Below are positions 11,246 through 25,270 of a DNA stretch of 64,000 nucleotides, piece by piece. The stretch spans positions 88,056,480 through 88,120,479 of the forward strand of contig NC_068985.1 of NCBI RefSeq assembly GCF_001194135.2, written 5' to 3'. The position numbers and the translations under genes are program-made. Below the pieces are notes generated by a model, which saw only the letters and a program-made list of their open reading frames with translations, had not been told where the DNA came from and searched no databases. Origin of the DNA: Octopus bimaculoides (taxonomy: Eukaryota). Each line of letters starts with the position of its first letter. Positions within the stretch are counted from its first letter, which is position 1.

Positions 11246-12909
11246 GTTAATGATAATGATGATGGTGGTGGGGGTGGTGATGATGATGTTGATGCTGCTG
11301 CTCCTGCTGATGATGATCATGGAACGTATATGTGTGTACTGGTATGTATTTATGTAGGTACTGCATGAACACATGCACGTATATACATACATAAAAATTC
11401 CCGGATAGTTCTTTGGTTTTCGGTTTTCATCTGAATCGGTGTGTCTACACCTCCCGTCCTTGTGCTGTTCTGCATTACCGTCACACCTCAACCTACGCAT
11501 ACTGTGCCACGTGGTTAAAGACTACCTACCGGTTAATATCGCTCTGACAATCCTCCACTCTTGTATTACTCCGTCCCAAATAATGTGACAGAAGGCTGTC
11601 ATTAGTATGTTACGTACTGACATAGGTCTTCTCCGCACCTCCTTCTTGGATATTTGCCATGTAAGTCCACATGTCATTCTGTAATTTATCGATATACAAA
11701 GTAATTCTTCTTGCTGCTCCTTTGAGTTGGGTCTAAAATTTCCAGCACGTTTTGATAAATCAGATTTATATTAATCTCATTTCACACTTCCATTTTTCTC
11801 CGGGAATACCACCAGAGAATTAGTCAGAATAAGTTTCCAATTTCAAAAGCTGGATTTCTGATTCACACCCCTATATTTATGAGGTTAATAGGCTTTTGAT
11901 ATCCCTACTCCGAATACGTTTTTGTCACCTTAGCACGTACGACTCATCCAAAAAATATTTCTTGTTTTTATTTTCTTTTAGTTTTGAGTTATTTTCGAAT
12001 TACTGTGGGTGACATATTGAAAGATTAACTGCTTGTGTTGTTGTCTTCTTCTTTGTTGCTATGTGAATCACTCATTTTTAAAATTTATTTTTCATTTTGT
12101 AGTGCAACATTTCTGTTTACTTGTTTAAGCGATGTCATTTCTGTTTGTAAAATTTAATTTTTATAAATTCATGTTTGGATTAACAACATTTTGCAAAACC
12201 TGTTCAGACATCTTACGGGTGAGTTTGCCTCATAAATAAGTAATGATACATATCATTACACAAATAAATATTTACATAACATCTCAACACCTCTTCTCTT
12301 TCTCAATTCCAAATTAAAATGTGTGGAAATTCAAATGTTCCAATGAATAATAATGAAGAAAATTAATATTTTTTTTTACTCAGCAGTTACATTTTGCGAG
12401 AATGCGGAAACCTCCTCTGGAAGATCCATAGTTTAGATTCTGATACAATATGAAAGGCAAGATCTTGAGATTTGTCCTTCCCTTGCTGGATTTCCTACAG
12501 TACAACGATGAATTTCTTTGTCATTCCACCTCCTACAGGCAGAAACATGCAGGTATTTTGCTTACCTGTCACACGTACAATATCAAATTTCCTACAACTC
12601 TCATATTGGCATCATTTCAGACGATTTTAAGGAAGGATAAGGATGTTTGAATCCATGCCGACCTCGGCTATATCTATATTTCGTAACCAAACCGCTAACC
12701 ACTGACAACTTTCCCCTTTTGCATTGCACACTTGAAACGTACGCATCAATTGATGTCACCGCGACAGCAGGTGATTATTACGATAGTTGGATACCTAGGA
12801 ACGAGTCTCAATACCAATGCATCCAATTGTTTATATATTTGTACAATGCAGACACATAGGCAGACAATAATATAAAGGACCATTCATTTTTGGTCAAAAC
12901 CTTCCCCCA

Positions 12910-13020
12910 CTAAATGTACAAAATCCACGCTTTTCTGTTAAGAAGATCTATCACGTTTCTCCTTGACCGCCTTTGGACAAGTCTCTTTCGGACCGGTACC
13001 ACAGTGTCTGCCAAACTAGT
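12910..13020 (-). mobile_element. Possible RTE-type LINE 3' relic
   Basis: Minus translation CGTGPKETCPKAVKE resembles the GRGRPKKTW.EVVK C-terminal motif of RTE ORFs. Confidence 0.3.
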
Positions 13021-14125
13021 TTCTTTAGATTGAATCGTAGTCTAGCATGTCCTTATTCCATGAACAATTTCTACTGTTAACGTATTCTGTCCCGATCCCT
13101 CAGTTGTTGCAGTCTCCATTTGCAGTTCCTGCTAATTTATGCTGTGCCACGTAATCCTGTTTTACCTTTTAATCATTTGACATAAAGATTGCTTTTATTC
13201 CTTTCATCACCATAGGCCTCATCGTTCTTCCATCTGATTTTGCAATGATGTAATTGTTGAGGTGGGTTTTGCAATCGTCAAAGAACTGCCTCTCACCACT
13301 AACTAGCCATATTCTGCCACAAATATGACAATAAACCAGATGTTTGTCTTAGACTATAAGGTACGACATGAGACATTGGTAGATTCTGAAGTAGTTTTGA
13401 TGCATTAGTTTGTCGCCTCGCATCCTCCTTCTCCAAAAAACAGGTATGGCAATGGGTATACGAGGTACAACTCATCATTCTGCACATTTGCAGGTTTTCA
13501 TTTCGCTTTTCTGTTGCTGGTACACTGAAATCCTATGCATTTGGATCGACAGGACAATTTCAATTTTAAACTAAACTATTTCGTAACACACCGATGCCAT
13601 GTTTAATACTTCGAATGCATTAGATCCAAGACAAAAATGTACACCGTTTCCAGTGACATTAACGGCACTATATTTCTATTGCATCTTACGTTCTTGCTCA
13701 GCAAAAGTGCTCGACTGTTGATGCGATGGATGAAGTTGTTGCCAAAATCGTAACATAGAATGTTTCCAATAATACTGCAATCGAAAGAAATACAAATCTT
13801 TGTTTAAAGGTGAGTGTAATTTGTTGTAGAATATGCCGCTTTTATTTTCACATCCGTGAAAATCTGTTTGTTTTGGTTCGAGATTTATATGGTATCTTTG
13901 CTTCAAGCCATTTTGTTTGTTTACGAATGAAAAAGAAAATATTTTGTTCGAAAATTAAAATCTTTTTGTCCCCAACGGGGGAAAAAAAACCAATTAATTA
14001 ATTACATTTCTGTGTAGAAATTTTACATTAAACAAAACGATTTCCACTTAATTTTGCTTGGAAAATCCACGAATTCGGAAAACAGGAAGTATCACATCTG
14101 ACTAATTCAGACCCATCAACATGAT

Positions 14126-14204
14126 ATGAATAATGAGCGTGATGATCATGTTGATGATGATGGTGTTGATGGTAAGGACAATAGTGATAATAGTAATAAT
14201 AATG

Positions 14205-14262
<58 letters not shown>

Positions 14263-14409
14263 TAATAATAATGATAACATCCGGAATTGCTGTAAGACTC
14301 TCAATATTGTAATTGTCATAGAAGCCCTAGGATCTGTTATATAATATTGGTCGACGACAGTGTATGTTCAGATGAAATTCCACTGCTGCTGCTGCTGCTG
14401 CTTCTGCTG

Positions 14410-14458
<49 letters not shown>

Positions 14459-14570
14459 CACACCTGCTGCTGATGATGATGACGATAATAATAAAAATAA
14501 TGATAATAATAATAATAACAATACTACTACAGCTACCAGTATTAACAACAAGAACAACAACAACAACAAC

Positions 14571-14635
<65 letters not shown>

Positions 14636-14645
14636 TGATGATGAT
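14126..14645. repeat. Compound trinucleotide microsatellite field (GAT, AAT, CTG, CTA, ATG, ACA)
   Basis: Direct inspection. Confidence 0.95.
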
Positions 14646-15249
14646 TTTGAGGGAAATGCTGTGTCGATTATATCTTACCGAATAGGTAACTATTACTTAT
14701 TTGATCGACCCCAAAACGCAGAAAGTCAAAGTCGACCGCCGCTTTTGTTGATGCTACGCTTAATGTTCGTGTCTTCAGAGCGATTTCAGCGGGCGATCAA
14801 CTTTTCTTAGTTTCACCAAAACTCGAAAGGTGTTCGCGTTAGCGCAGTTGTGTTATTTGAGTCTTCCACCTGTCGACATAAACAAACACCTCTGGGTTAG
14901 GAATCATCGACAAATCAACAGAAATTAGAAATAACTTTACACTCATAGTTATTCTTGACTGTAGGATTTCAATGAGAAGTTGTTGATGGCAACATTGCCA
15001 TACGCCACCCTCTTTATTTTTACCAGAATTTCTTACTGCCTCTGCCTTTGTATATACGGCATTCGAATGTTACATATTCGCAATCTGTAAGACATGTAAT
15101 TGAAATGTTCTCTATACCTTTACAATGACAAAAAAGAAATAAACTGTGCTGTGATATTGCCCTCTTCTGGCGTTAAACAAAGTGTGACATACGTCATGTG
15201 AACATGTTGTACCAGTCCCCGAGTGGAAATTACTCAGACCAGAGGCGAA

Positions 15250-15680
15250 CATTCAGATTATTTTTTTCTCTTTCAGACAAAAAATGTTTCGCAATCTTAT
15301 TTCGATAAAAATAGTTTGGTAATTCTTACTCATGTTGAGGTCACTGACACCATTAACAAAGGTTGTATGAATGGAGACATTGTTACTGCGCTGTTGATGC
15401 ACATTCTTAAACTGACAGTGTCAGAGGTCACCATGTTCCGCTTCAGTAGTGACATATCTGGGAGTGTCACATGTGTCAGGTTGAAGACGCCAAGATTCTG
15501 CAAGTGTATTGAGTTATTCTCTCAACTACCATCTTCAATGGATGTTATCATTGATGGTAATTGTGAAGGTGGAGTTCGGGGTTGGTGCTATCAGAGACTG
15601 TTGGAGTGGGACGTGAAAGTTGCGTTTTGTCCCTCTCTCTGTATTGTTGTAGGGAATGTACTCCGCCTCCCTGTTGATTT
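15250..15680 (-). mobile_element. Possible RTE/CR1-type RT relic
   Basis: Frameshifted minus translation TITINDN.(P)LKMVVERIT resembles the ITI....LK.V..FTYLGS region of RT. Confidence 0.3.
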
Positions 15681-16049
15681 CCTTTCTTCCTTTCTTTTCT
15701 CAATCGTTTCTGAAAATAAACAATACCGTATTAAAATTTACATTTTTTTGTTAATGAGCATTATCGAAAAGTGAAAAGAAGAAATGGTCCCAGTAGAGGC
15801 CGAATGTATTGGACGTTCAGTGCAGCATGTCAATGATCAGATCAGCATGAAGACAAAATACCATTAAGGGAAGAAAATAAACAGTTTAATTAGAAAAAGT
15901 TCACAACGGTTACAACCCCACGGACGTTAAAAAGAGAGAACACTTTGACAATGGAAACAAGACCAACAACCAATAAAAAGGAAACCAAAGTTATAAACCA
16001 CAAGCACCACAACAACAAGGTCAACGCGACCAGCAATTAAAAAGGGTTC

Positions 16050-16400
16050 AAATTTCGATATAAGAACAGTAGATCTAAGGCAAGGGGCTTAGTCGATACT
16101 ATCAACTAGATTATTGACTGTTACTTTATTTTATCGACTTCAAGTGGACGAGAGGCGATGTCGAGACCGGATGAAGTTCGCACTCAGAAAGTATTATGGG
16201 AAAAAAATTCACTCGGAATTTTATCAAACGATCCAAAGATTCTGTACGCTTAACGTTTTATTTTTTTTATTTCTTGAATTGTGAAACATCTTGGTACAAA
16301 ACCAGAAATTTCTAGAAGTAAATAGTTAATTTATTTCACCGTCTGCAGTACAAAACTGGTACTTTATTTCATCGACCCCGAAAGGATAAAATGCAAAATT
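16050..16400 (-). mobile_element. SINE family 1 fragments (two degenerate pieces)
   Basis: ctggtactttatttcatcgaccccgaaaggataaaatgcaaa at 16355-16400, with a similar degenerate piece at 16090-16190. Confidence 0.6.
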
Positions 16401-16425
16401 TACCTTGGTGGTGTGAGAACACAGA

Positions 16426-16426
<1 letters not shown>

Positions 16427-16481
<55 letters not shown>

Positions 16482-16510
16482 NNNNNNNNNNGTGGTGGTG
16501 GTGGTAGTGA
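16427..16510. repeat. (TAG)n/(GGT)n microsatellite with 10-N gap (16482-16491)
   Basis: Direct inspection. Confidence 0.95.
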
Positions 16511-17044
16511 CCGCAGCTGCAGCAGTATGATAAATGATTGTAAAAGAAAGAAAAGATGAAGAGGATGTGGAGGAGAAGAGAAAGAAGAAAGGAAAAAATC
16601 TTAGACCCAACGTCGCATATTAATTAGAGGGTTTCATTTGATTAAATCAATCTCGGTTCTTAATTGGCATCAAAAGTGTGAGTGTTTTCACTGAAACTGA
16701 ACGAGTTCGAGAGAGGAAAGAATTATTTTTAGAGTCTTCACATTATCCAATTCTTTAGTAGACAAAAAGCTTGCATTGTTTCAGTTGTCTAATCTTATAA
16801 AAGATTTCGAAATTGCTAGAATATACGCAGACAAACATGTGCACAGAGTTGAAAGAAACATATCGCATCCGTTTATTTCGGCTACGGAAATGTTGATCGC
16901 ATTTTTTAGTAAATGGATTCATAATTTTTTTGTTTGAGATTCCAGAAGATTCCATATAGTGCTGCACTATGTTGGCTCAACAAAAAGAACGTTGTTAATT
17001 AAAACTACAATCGATTCTCCACTCTGAACTTTTAATGCAGTTGT

Positions 17045-17190
17045 CAATTTTTCCACCGAGGTCAACTTCGTCGTTCATTCTTTCCGTTTCGATAATTTAA
17101 GCACCAGTTGTGTACTGAAGGCAATCTAATCGACTGGACACCACCCGCAATATTTCGAGCCTTGTGCCTAGATTAGAAAAGAATACATTT
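17045..17190 (+). mobile_element. SINE family 1 3' part
   Basis: ccaccgaggtcaacttcg..tcgataatttaagcaccagttg..agccttgtgcctagattagaaaag. Confidence 0.7.
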
Positions 17191-18639
17191 GTCAATTGTA
17201 CAGCATATTATTATATATTTCAGAAAAATATTTCAGAGGGCGCGATTAGACATTGCTGCAGACCGCATGTTGGGCACCACTGATGTATCTATATTACATG
17301 ATTACATCAACTGCATAGTCCTGGCTGGAACGCTTTTGAATGAATTCGTGAATTCGTATAAAATGGCCAGTTCCGGGAGACTTATTATATCGCCATAAAA
17401 AGCATGCGCGTGTACTTACATGTTCCTTGTGAATAGATTTCTTTAAGAACACACCCGTTTATGTTTCCAGGAGAAATACATATTTAAAGAGCGAAAAGAT
17501 TGGTTTGTTATTTCAATTACCCATAGTGAAAGTTGCTTACTGGGTAACACCAACGTATGTTATACTATGTAAAAGACTGATTATATTCCCGATGTTATTC
17601 CATAGTTAAGGTGGTTCTTCCCAGAGTTAAAGCTGTTTTAAATTTAACACGAACAGTTTGCAATATATTGCTGACTTTACTTATAACTTAGAATAATAAC
17701 AATCTCTTTATTGGTCACAAATGACCGAAATATTAGGAAAAGTTGAAAGGCGAAAAACGATAAGCAAGAAGCAGTATGGAATTGTCATCGACTTCAAATA
17801 ATAATAACAATAACAGAATGAATTTTAATAACACAACAGTACAAGTCAAAGTTTAAAAAGTAATTTAAGAAAAAAATTTAGTTCATTCTGTATGAATATT
17901 TAGAGATTCATAAGAATGTTCCCTGAGGCTTTGAGGTAAAAGTCATAGATTATACCTGAACCTAAAGTAATATTTATGTAGTTTACAGTAATGTAACTTC
18001 TTATTTCTGGATGTGATATAAGTTAGAGACAGAAAAACTGTTTAAAATAAATTATAGTAAAATTATCAGAAATGGTGAATAATTACGACCATTTTCCTGT
18101 CAAAAGGATTAAATTCAGTAAAGGACAATGGAAAATATTTATAGATTGGTAAAATTACTTCAAATTGAACAATGCAAACAAAGAATATTAAGAAGAATTC
18201 TTGCGAAATTTACTTAAGAAAATAATGAAGGGAGCCTGATATTGATCTATTTTCATATTAAAAGGATTAAGAATGCAAAGCATTGAATAACCAGAATCTT
18301 CAAATGCATTAATTAAAATAATTAGTGAAATGAGATACCTTACATTAAAAAATTGTAGATTCAAACATATTTCTTCAATAAATTACTTCATACAATCAAG
18401 AATATTCTTTGAATTCCTTGCTTTCATGACGGTTATTTTGTCTGTAAAGATATATTGACAGAGAAAATTGAAATATGACACTCCAATTCCTGAAAAAGGT
18501 AAGTGTTACTGTTTGCAAGTGTTTGTAATACTGATAATAATTCAGTTACTGTCGATTGTTGTAATGGTTTTCAAATATTCATGTACTCCACTATTATCAA
18601 AAGTAATGGAAAGTTGTTGATGCTTCGATCATTATATCC

Positions 18640-19035
18640 CGGAGCGAATATAATAAAGACAGCAATGATGATGGTCGTGGCAATGCCAATGGCAATGAAG
18701 AACATTATGATGAGAACGATAATGGTGATGATGATCATGAAGACGATGAGAATTTAATCTGTATTAAAACATAATGGTCAATGATAATGATAACAGCAAC
18801 AGAAATACTCATAGCAATGATCATGGCGTTGACGATAATGATGAGGACAACCATAACGACTGCATCTAGGACGATGACGGTTTAGACATCAACGATGATA
18901 AAGACCACGAGGGATGCAATGAGAAAGACGATGACCATAATGATGATGATGATGACGTAAACCATGTAATGATCATGATATCTTATGATGTTGATGATGA
19001 CAGCGAAGACGACGACGGTAATGGCAATAACGGGC
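18640..19035. repeat. Old degenerate (GAT/GAC/AAT) trinucleotide repeat
   Basis: In-phase GAT/GAC/AAT-rich sequence with stops in the D/N-rich frame. Confidence 0.75.
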
Positions 19036-19222
19036 TAATTGTTGCATGGCTTTAGTTCCTGAGTTGAAATTCTACAATTAGTCATTTTTACATGACGCTG
19101 CAAACAAACTTGCCACTTCTGCTTTCGATTCGGCGTATTTCGTGATTTTTTTTCTTCTAACTCTTTACTCGCGATATTCATACCATTTGCCATGGCCATG
19201 TCGATGAGCTGATAACATTTGT

Positions 19223-19314
19223 AAGGCGGCGAGCTGGCAGAAACGTTAGCAAGCCGGACGAAATGCTTAGCGTATTCCGTCTGTCTTTACGTTCTGAGTT
19301 CAAATTTCACCGAA
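19223..19314 (+). mobile_element. SINE family 1 tRNA-like head only
   Basis: aaggcggcgagctggcagaaacgttagc..gttctgagttcaaatttcaccga, near-identical to 10531-10620. Confidence 0.85.
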
Positions 19315-20480
19315 GATTCCCTATTGATGACTGGATTGATTTCACTTAACAATCTATCTGGCTTTCAATCTTCTCAAACAGTTTCAGGTCATCCATATAC
19401 AAAAGATTAATTCTGAATGAACTTTTCGTTTCACATTGGTGACCCATTTTAAACCCAAACCACAATGTTGAAAATGAATCTTCTTGGAAGATAGTCCTTT
19501 TTAATTTCTACTTCTCGAAGAAAGGCTTTGCTAGGAACAACTTGGTCTTCCCCTCTGGCGTATTATTTGTGATGTTGTCAGCAATACCAAACAGCTGCAG
19601 GGTTTCAACAAACCAAGAAAGAGGTACTATAGTATATACCTTTTTAAAGTTAGATCCACGCCAGAGACATACTTCTATGATGTTTTTTACCATTTTTCAA
19701 AACTGTCTCTTCGATAGCCAGATGACCTTGGGTACCCTGAGATGTCTTCCTGTGCCTTCTTTGTTCCCTTGACAATAATGTTGCCTACAAAAGTACGTCC
19801 TACCCGTCAACATTCCAGCAAGGACCTTCCATGTTATATTCAGACAAGTTACAGGATGATGGCTTCCGACAGCAGCATTTCTCGTCATCTGTCATTCATT
19901 ACATCTATTGTTTTCCCCGTTACCATCCATACGCATTCATTCAATTGCGCTGCCAGTCTTTCTTGAAGCACATTGCATCTCTTTAACTAATAGACATAGA
20001 TGACATCTGAACCGGGAGCATTTCGATTGCAAGCAACGCGTTCTGTCCTTGCGCAATATCTGCATTTCGAAAGGTCAACCGTGTCACAGTCTGTTTCGTG
20101 CTGAATGTCTTTGAGAACTACTTAAAGTTACTCACATGTGTCTGCGGAGTGCTCAGCAACATACATATTAATTTCACAAAAAGGCTGCTCTGTTGATCTC
20201 ATCAACTGTTTCACACGGCGTCGTAACCAACAATGTGCCAGTTATGCTTTCAAACAATTTCGAAAAGGCTTCGTCTTCTTTCTTAACTACCTCTATTTTT
20301 CTCGGCCATTATTCTGCCTGCTCACATCTGGTCACGCATTTTTTCATTTATTCAACTGTTTCTTCTTATTACGGTTTCTTCCAAAATGTTTTCATTTAAC
20401 TTTATATTATTCTTTTTTCGTCTCTCTGTTATCACTCCACCATTTCCTCCATTGCAAACGGATAAAATTTGAGTTCTAGA
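19315..20480 (-). mobile_element. R4/Dong-like LINE RT domain relic
   Basis: Minus strand: NRNAPGSD..LKRCNVLQERLAAQLNE, HHPVTCLNITWKVLAGML, FKKVYTIVPLSWFVETLQLFGIADNI, IFQEDSFS, INLLYMDDLKLFEKIESQID (catalytic YMDD). Confidence 0.85.
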
Positions 20481-21239
20481 CGTATGCATTTGGCTGAATA
20501 TCCTTCTAGAAATATCAGTCAAATCTCTATAAAATTATTATCTATCGCATTAAAAAAAAAAAAGAAAGAATATATCAAATAATCTATTCTGATATACAAG
20601 TTTTGAAAGCAATACAGGTTGGTCATGACTGGAAATTCTTTGATCATAGGCCTGCTTATTCAGAGCTGACGAATGAATCTAAGCAACCAACAACAACGAT
20701 AATTTCTTGTGCGTTAAAACAAAATATATGCTCTAAAGAATTCTCACCAACTAAATTGAATGTCTTGTCCGAATCCGACCATTTTTTTTTATATCTTGGA
20801 ATTACATATGTACCACCGCTAGCACGTAAGTACACAAACATTGCAATATTTTCTTTCTTCACGAGAGAGGAACACACAGAGAGACTGATTAATGCAGGAA
20901 ACCCCAGAGTCTATGTTTACAGCTCGCTTATAAAAACAGAATATATCTACTACATCTAAACAGCCATTGTTATAGATTGTGGTCTTTCATTGTCCGCCAC
21001 TCAAGCATCTCAATATCAGGACAAATTGATTTAACACTTAATACCAGACAAATAATTCAAACAGAAATAAACCAATATATATGTAAATAGACATGTGTAT
21101 ATACAATATACCTATGTATACAGACACAAGCACATATACACCTGTATATACATAGGTGTACGTCAGAGTGAATGTATGCGTGTGACAGCTGCAATTACGG
21201 TTAAATACACGCGTATACTTCTGTGTGAGCAAGTGTACA

Positions 21240-21283
21240 TGTGTGCGTGTGTGTGTGTTTCTGCGTATGCTGGTGTCTGTATT

Positions 21284-21321
<38 letters not shown>

Positions 21322-21545
21322 CATACACACTATCATTTGAAAATCTCTCGTGATATGTCTCAATGTTTTGTATCTTTATATTGTTAAACTGAATTCTGTT
21401 ATTATTATTATTATTATTGTTGTTGTTGTTGTTGTTGTTGCTGTTATTGTTGTTGTTGTTGTTGTTGTTGCTATTATTGTTGTTGGTGTTGTTGTTCTTA
21501 TTATTGTTATTATTACTGCTGTTGTTGTTGGTGGTGGTGGTAATG
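21240..21545. repeat. (GT)n and (ATT)n/(GTT)n/(GGT)n microsatellites
   Basis: Direct inspection. Confidence 0.9.
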
Positions 21546-21949
21546 CTATTTTTTTCCTGAAAATATCTCCGTAAGTTTCTTTGTTTCATTTTTCCTTAAA
21601 TGTCTTTGAGGCTATAACAGGCGTGTAAGCCAACCAGCACCTCCACCACCACCAGCACTACTACCACGACTGCTTCAGTCGGGGTTTAAACAGCCACAAT
21701 TCTGGGTCACTCCCATCGCTACTCTTCATACTCCGGACCACCAGCTTCCCAGCAAGATAGTATTTATCACGAAATCCAGAATTCTCCGAAACAACTCTGG
21801 AGTTCCCCACTCACCTTCATTCTTCGTTGACATAGAAATAAATATATCTCGAATCCGCCGAAACGTGGCGTAAGCGCTCATCGGTAGGAACGTTTGATTG
21901 CGCTGATAGCCACTTCATCTCCACCTAGTAACCTGAGGTCGTTGTTTAG

Positions 21950-22260
21950 ATGACCTTGTTTAGATGACCACGATATTTGCACCTATACTGTCTAATCTGA
22001 ACAAGGCGATGTTAGATGAAAGAATGGACGAAGAAAAGGTTAGTTTCAGCGATTTTGTTGGAGAAGCGGGAATGAATGCTCCGTTCCCATAACTATACGT
22101 GGATGTTTCCAGAAGCAGTGTTTTGTGGATACAGTCTTTTGTGAATATTTCTCCTGAAGCTCTCATCTCGTTCAGGATATTTAGTTTATGTAGTGGTGTA
22201 TACATTTTTGCGATGTTAGGATGACTTTTATGAATGTTGCTGTGCTGTTTGTTGGTGTGA
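21950..22260 (-). mobile_element. Possible Ty3/gypsy integrase zinc-finger relic
   Basis: Minus frame IHKSHPNIAKMYTPL..LNEMRASGEIFTKDCIH resembles the H..GH.GI.KM...C..C (HHCC) motif. The rest is unrecognisable. Confidence 0.3.
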
Positions 22261-22779
22261 TAAGGTTGGTTTTTGTGATATTTGCATGGTTATATATGTG
22301 TTCCGTTAGTTCTTTATTGTTTGTATCTATTGTTGTGTAGTTAATGATGCTTGTACGTCTTTCCAAGTTTGTCAGATCATTAGGAGAAGATTGACATGAT
22401 AGTCAATGTCTCTTCAAAACTATCTCCCACCACATTCTTTCTCTGTTTTGGGAGATGAAGACTCTGCCATATTGAAATTGTTATACAGTATTTCGAAAAG
22501 AAAATAATCTTTATTTTCAAAATTCATCCTCTTAGGGCAGGTCTGCTGCATGTACCACACACACTATGCACCAAAAAGGTAAGAGGAATAGATGTATAAC
22601 AATGAAAACAAGTCACTAATTCATAGGCCGATTGTGACATGTGTAGTCTCGGCGATAAAGAAGAACAATAACAACAACGATAATTTCTCTTTCTACTATA
22701 AGCACAAGCCCTGAAACATTAGTTGTGGGAACTAGTCGATTAAATCAACTCCAGCGTTTACGGGAAAACGTGTTAATAG

Positions 22780-23560
22780 CACCAATAATTGTCGGAACCC
22801 TGGAAACAGCGAGTAAATATCTTGAGAGGTCAGAATGAAATAAGTTTATTAAAAGCCGCTAGAGTCAAGTTACAGCTAGTCATATGTAAACCGAAACACA
22901 AAACGAACTTAAAACCCAGAAAAAAAATAAGAGAAATTACCTCACTGGCATGGGAAATATTTGCATGGTAGATTCCTAAAGATAGTCGCAGCAAAGAGTA
23001 ATAGCGAGACATGGCTATGGTTGCAGAAATGAAATCTGAACAGAGAGAAAGTCTGTTTGTTAGTAGCGGCGTAAGATCAAGCATTTAAGGACTAATTGTA
23101 TAAAAGCCAAGCTAGTCAAAGACCAAGTAGGTTGCCAATGTAGGTTATGAAAAACCAAAATAGGAAAGCGTTACCCATATAGTAAGTGAATGTAGCATGA
23201 TGGCACAGAAAGAATGCAAAAAGAAATTACAACCCAGGGTGGGTAGACCACTGAGAGCTATGTAGAAAAATATGATTTAAACATACTGATAAATGGTTTG
23301 AACATGAACCCAGTAAAGAACAAAAAAATAAATACAAGATGTTGTGGGACTTCAACTTCTAGACTGAAAGTGTAGTAGAAACTAGAACGCCTGATTTAGT
23401 TAGTCGTAAATAAAAAGAATAAAAAGTCCGAAAGAATTGCCTTACAGTCTCAAATAATGAAAACATTAATATGAAAAATATCGAAAAAATCAAATGGTAA
23501 CTGTTGATGCCGCAGAAGCATAATGTGTCGACGAATATCTTTTGATAGGAGTATGATAAA
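22780..23560 (+). mobile_element. R4/Dong-like LINE fragment (zinc knuckle plus RLE N-part)
   Basis: EMKSEQRES.., RTNCIKAKL, CQCRL*K..ESVTHIVSECSMMAQKEC, KWFEHEP, KMLWDFNF*TESVVETRTPDL. Confidence 0.75.
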
Positions 23561-24789
23561 TACAATTTGTGGGAAAACTGATAAAAGCTGTCACAACACA
23601 TATCCAGAAAGAGAATATGACGCAGACAAGGAGCTATTGCTCTACTCGCTGAGAAGTCAATTCGACTAACGAAAACAAAGCAGACTACGAAAAAGAACCA
23701 TGGAGTAAATGATACATTGAGAATGGCATAATGGGTTTAAGGCAAGGTTTAAGTAGAAGTGAACAACAGTCTGAAGGAAAGTAGGTAATGGGGAAAAAAA
23801 AGGCTGATTGGGAGACATAGACAAGAAATTATTCTATTGAGTAAATGATGAGTTAAAGAATAGGACATTACTGAAAAGGAAGAAAATAAGAAGACATGTG
23901 CACAGGAATATGCAGTCCAAGGAGAAGAGATTATTCGAAATTTGTCCTCGGTTTGGAAGGAAAAAAATACCCTAACCATTCAACCACAAGTCTTTGAAGG
24001 CATAAAAGAGCAAGGTTTCCTGTTTGACTTTAAGAATGTTTGTTTGAAGTATGTGTATTGGAACATCGGATTTGTGAGAAACGCAGTTTCTGCATCAGTG
24101 GACCTTTCTTACTGGAGAGTCTCATTAGGATCTTATTGTCCAGAAAGTAAGAACAATAATTCATTCATCCACCTGAATAAAACCCTACCAAACTACAAAA
24201 GAAATCATTCATGATAATCCTGAAATGGTTTCAGCTTAGGATTTCAATACGTTTGAGGAATAAGTTAAGGAGGACTTCTACAATACTGTGGAATTATGGG
24301 AAGACGTATACTAACAACACTGGTTTTGCGTAAGCGTATACTGAATATTTCCAGGAAGACGTCTAGCCTATTAAAGCGACAACAGTATAATGCAACCATT
24401 TCAAATACTCATCAATAATTGTTCACTGCAGCGACATTTCATACTGAAAGTTTAATTATTTTACGACAATGAGGGGAGTAACAGATACATCAGCAATCGC
24501 ATTGCACCTGCTCCGCTTTATAATTACCAATAAGACTTATAATATGAAATATGGGAAAGAAAGAAACTATTACAAATATAATGACTAGGACAATAACAAA
24601 ACGCGTGGAAATATGAATTCGGGAGCAAATATATAAAAAAAAAGGCCATGAAAATTGTGACGAAAATCATTGCTTTAAGTTGAGGTACCCCTTATATTTT
24701 CATGTTTGAGCATTTATTCATCTCAGTCACTACTTTGAATCATAAGTCGAATAGATGTAGCTTGTCAAATTTCATATATAAATTTAAAG

Positions 24790-24975
24790 TTCTGGCACAA
24801 GGTCAGCAAATTTCAAAGAGATGGAAGTCTTTTACATCGAACCAAGTGTTCAACTGATACTGATTTTGTCGGACCCGAACTATGAAAGACACGGTGAACT
24901 TGGGTAGAATTTGAACACGGACACGTAAGGACGCACAAAATACAATTAAGCATTTTGACCAGAGTGCTATGGATT
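24790..24975 (-). mobile_element. SINE family 1, degenerate
   Basis: ggcacaaggtcagcaaattt...gaatttgaac.cggac.cgtaag..aagcattt. Confidence 0.6.
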
Positions 24976-25112
24976 CTGGAAGCTCGACACCTTTGAAACC
25001 TTATTAACATTGAAAAGGGTAAGGGTAGATATAATTCTGCTCGTCACTATATGGGCACCTAGGACAATGGAAAAACGCATCGTACCAATTAAGAATATTG
25101 GACACACAGGCA

Positions 25113-25114
<2 letters not shown>

Positions 25115-25169
<55 letters not shown>

Positions 25170-25270
25170 GCACACACACAGATATTTATATATTTATGTA
25201 TATGTATGTATATACGATTTGTTTCCTTCAATTTCCGTCTACCAAATCCACTCACAAGCTTTTTGCAGAA
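25115..25270 (-). mobile_element. SINE family 2 fragment with internal (CA)n
   Basis: ttcaatttccgtctaccaaatccactcacaagc following a (CA)n tract. Confidence 0.65.

Noticed and set aside
11400-12200. Possible LTR-retrotransposon gag relic on the minus strand
   Set aside because: There is only vague compositional resemblance and no motif I can name with confidence.
14126-14685. Poly-N, poly-L and poly-V ORFs
   Set aside because: Trinucleotide microsatellites lacking stops by composition.
18640-19035. Asp/Asn-rich (biomineralisation-like) coding exon
   Set aside because: The D/N frame is interrupted by stops (TAA, TGA, TAG), which fits an eroded microsatellite better.
21038-21589. 183-aa N/HT-rich ORF
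   Set aside because: Built from (AAC)n/(AAT)n/(CA)n repeats.
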